A program made the position numbers and the translations under genes. From Trichosphaerium sp. ATCC 40318 (lineage: Eukaryota; Protista; Tubulinea): 64,000 nt of DNA. Every line of letters begins with the position of its first letter. The stretch's first letter is position 1. Shown piece by piece: positions 63,614-64,000 of the stretch. A model generated the notes under the pieces. That model ran no database searches and was not told the DNA's origin. It saw only the letters and a list, made by a program, of their open reading frames with translations. The DNA is taken from assembly GCA_038496445.1 (NCBI GenBank), contig JALMLS010000015.1, forward strand, positions 434,001 through 498,000, given 5' to 3'.

Positions 63614-64000
63614 TTTGTTTGTTGTTGTTGAGTGTAGTGTCTTGTAATGATTTATGCTGTTTACTTATTGTCTGAGCTACATTGCTTAACTGCCTGTTAA
63701 TTGAATTGACAATAAAATTGATAAATGCTTTTTTCGAAGAACTCTTCACTTTCAATTAACTTGTAGCATAATGTCTAACTGACAAATCCTCACAATTATT
63801 TTATTATTTACAATACATGCTGTTGATGCCGTATAATCTGTGTTGCATCAGTATTTTGTACACTCATAAGTTTTACTGATTTTACAGTGTTAGGCGGTGC
63901 TCCAATAACCGGTGGGGACATTAGACTACACTCAATATCAAACTCAATATGTGGTGCGTAATGTTTGATTGTAGATGCTAGAGCACTAATACTACCATCC

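Noticed and set aside
1-64000. Most short ORF-track entries treated as independent genes, or an alternative genetic code
   Set aside because: They are exon fragments running into introns, or antisense shadows. GT-AG splicing restores conserved proteins, and TAA, TAG and TGA all act as stops.

Overview
AT-rich, gene-dense eukaryotic nuclear DNA using the standard code. Most genes carry many short spliceosomal introns (about 30-140 nt, donors often GTACG), so the ORF track shows only exon fragments; the gene models below were spliced by hand. Gene content (STAT-like SH2 protein, CH-RhoGEF, formin, PA-domain 7TM pair, cathepsin, KTI12) points to an amoebozoan-like protist; this taxon call is inference. 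About 23 protein genes can be reconstructed. The most notable observations are: (1) a full-length homolog of the PI3K-gamma adaptor p101/p87 (PIK3R5/6), a family best known from vertebrates; (2) two F-box + 24-aa MORN-variant/YwqK repeat genes plus a collapsed relic of a third, among four F-box genes with different recognition modules; (3) a microbial-type PARG macrodomain fused to NADAR; (4) an aegerolysin-like domain fused to a DAG kinase and PH domain; (5) an inverted pair of PA-7TM genes with near-identical introns but divergent loops; (6) an atypical Rab1-like GTPase; (7) a U12-type intron, several GC-AG introns and 9-10 nt microexons; (8) a TTAA-flanked piggyBac-like relic and a 36-bp-arm hairpin. 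All homology calls come from motif recognition by eye, not database searches. No rRNA, tRNA or CRISPR array was seen.
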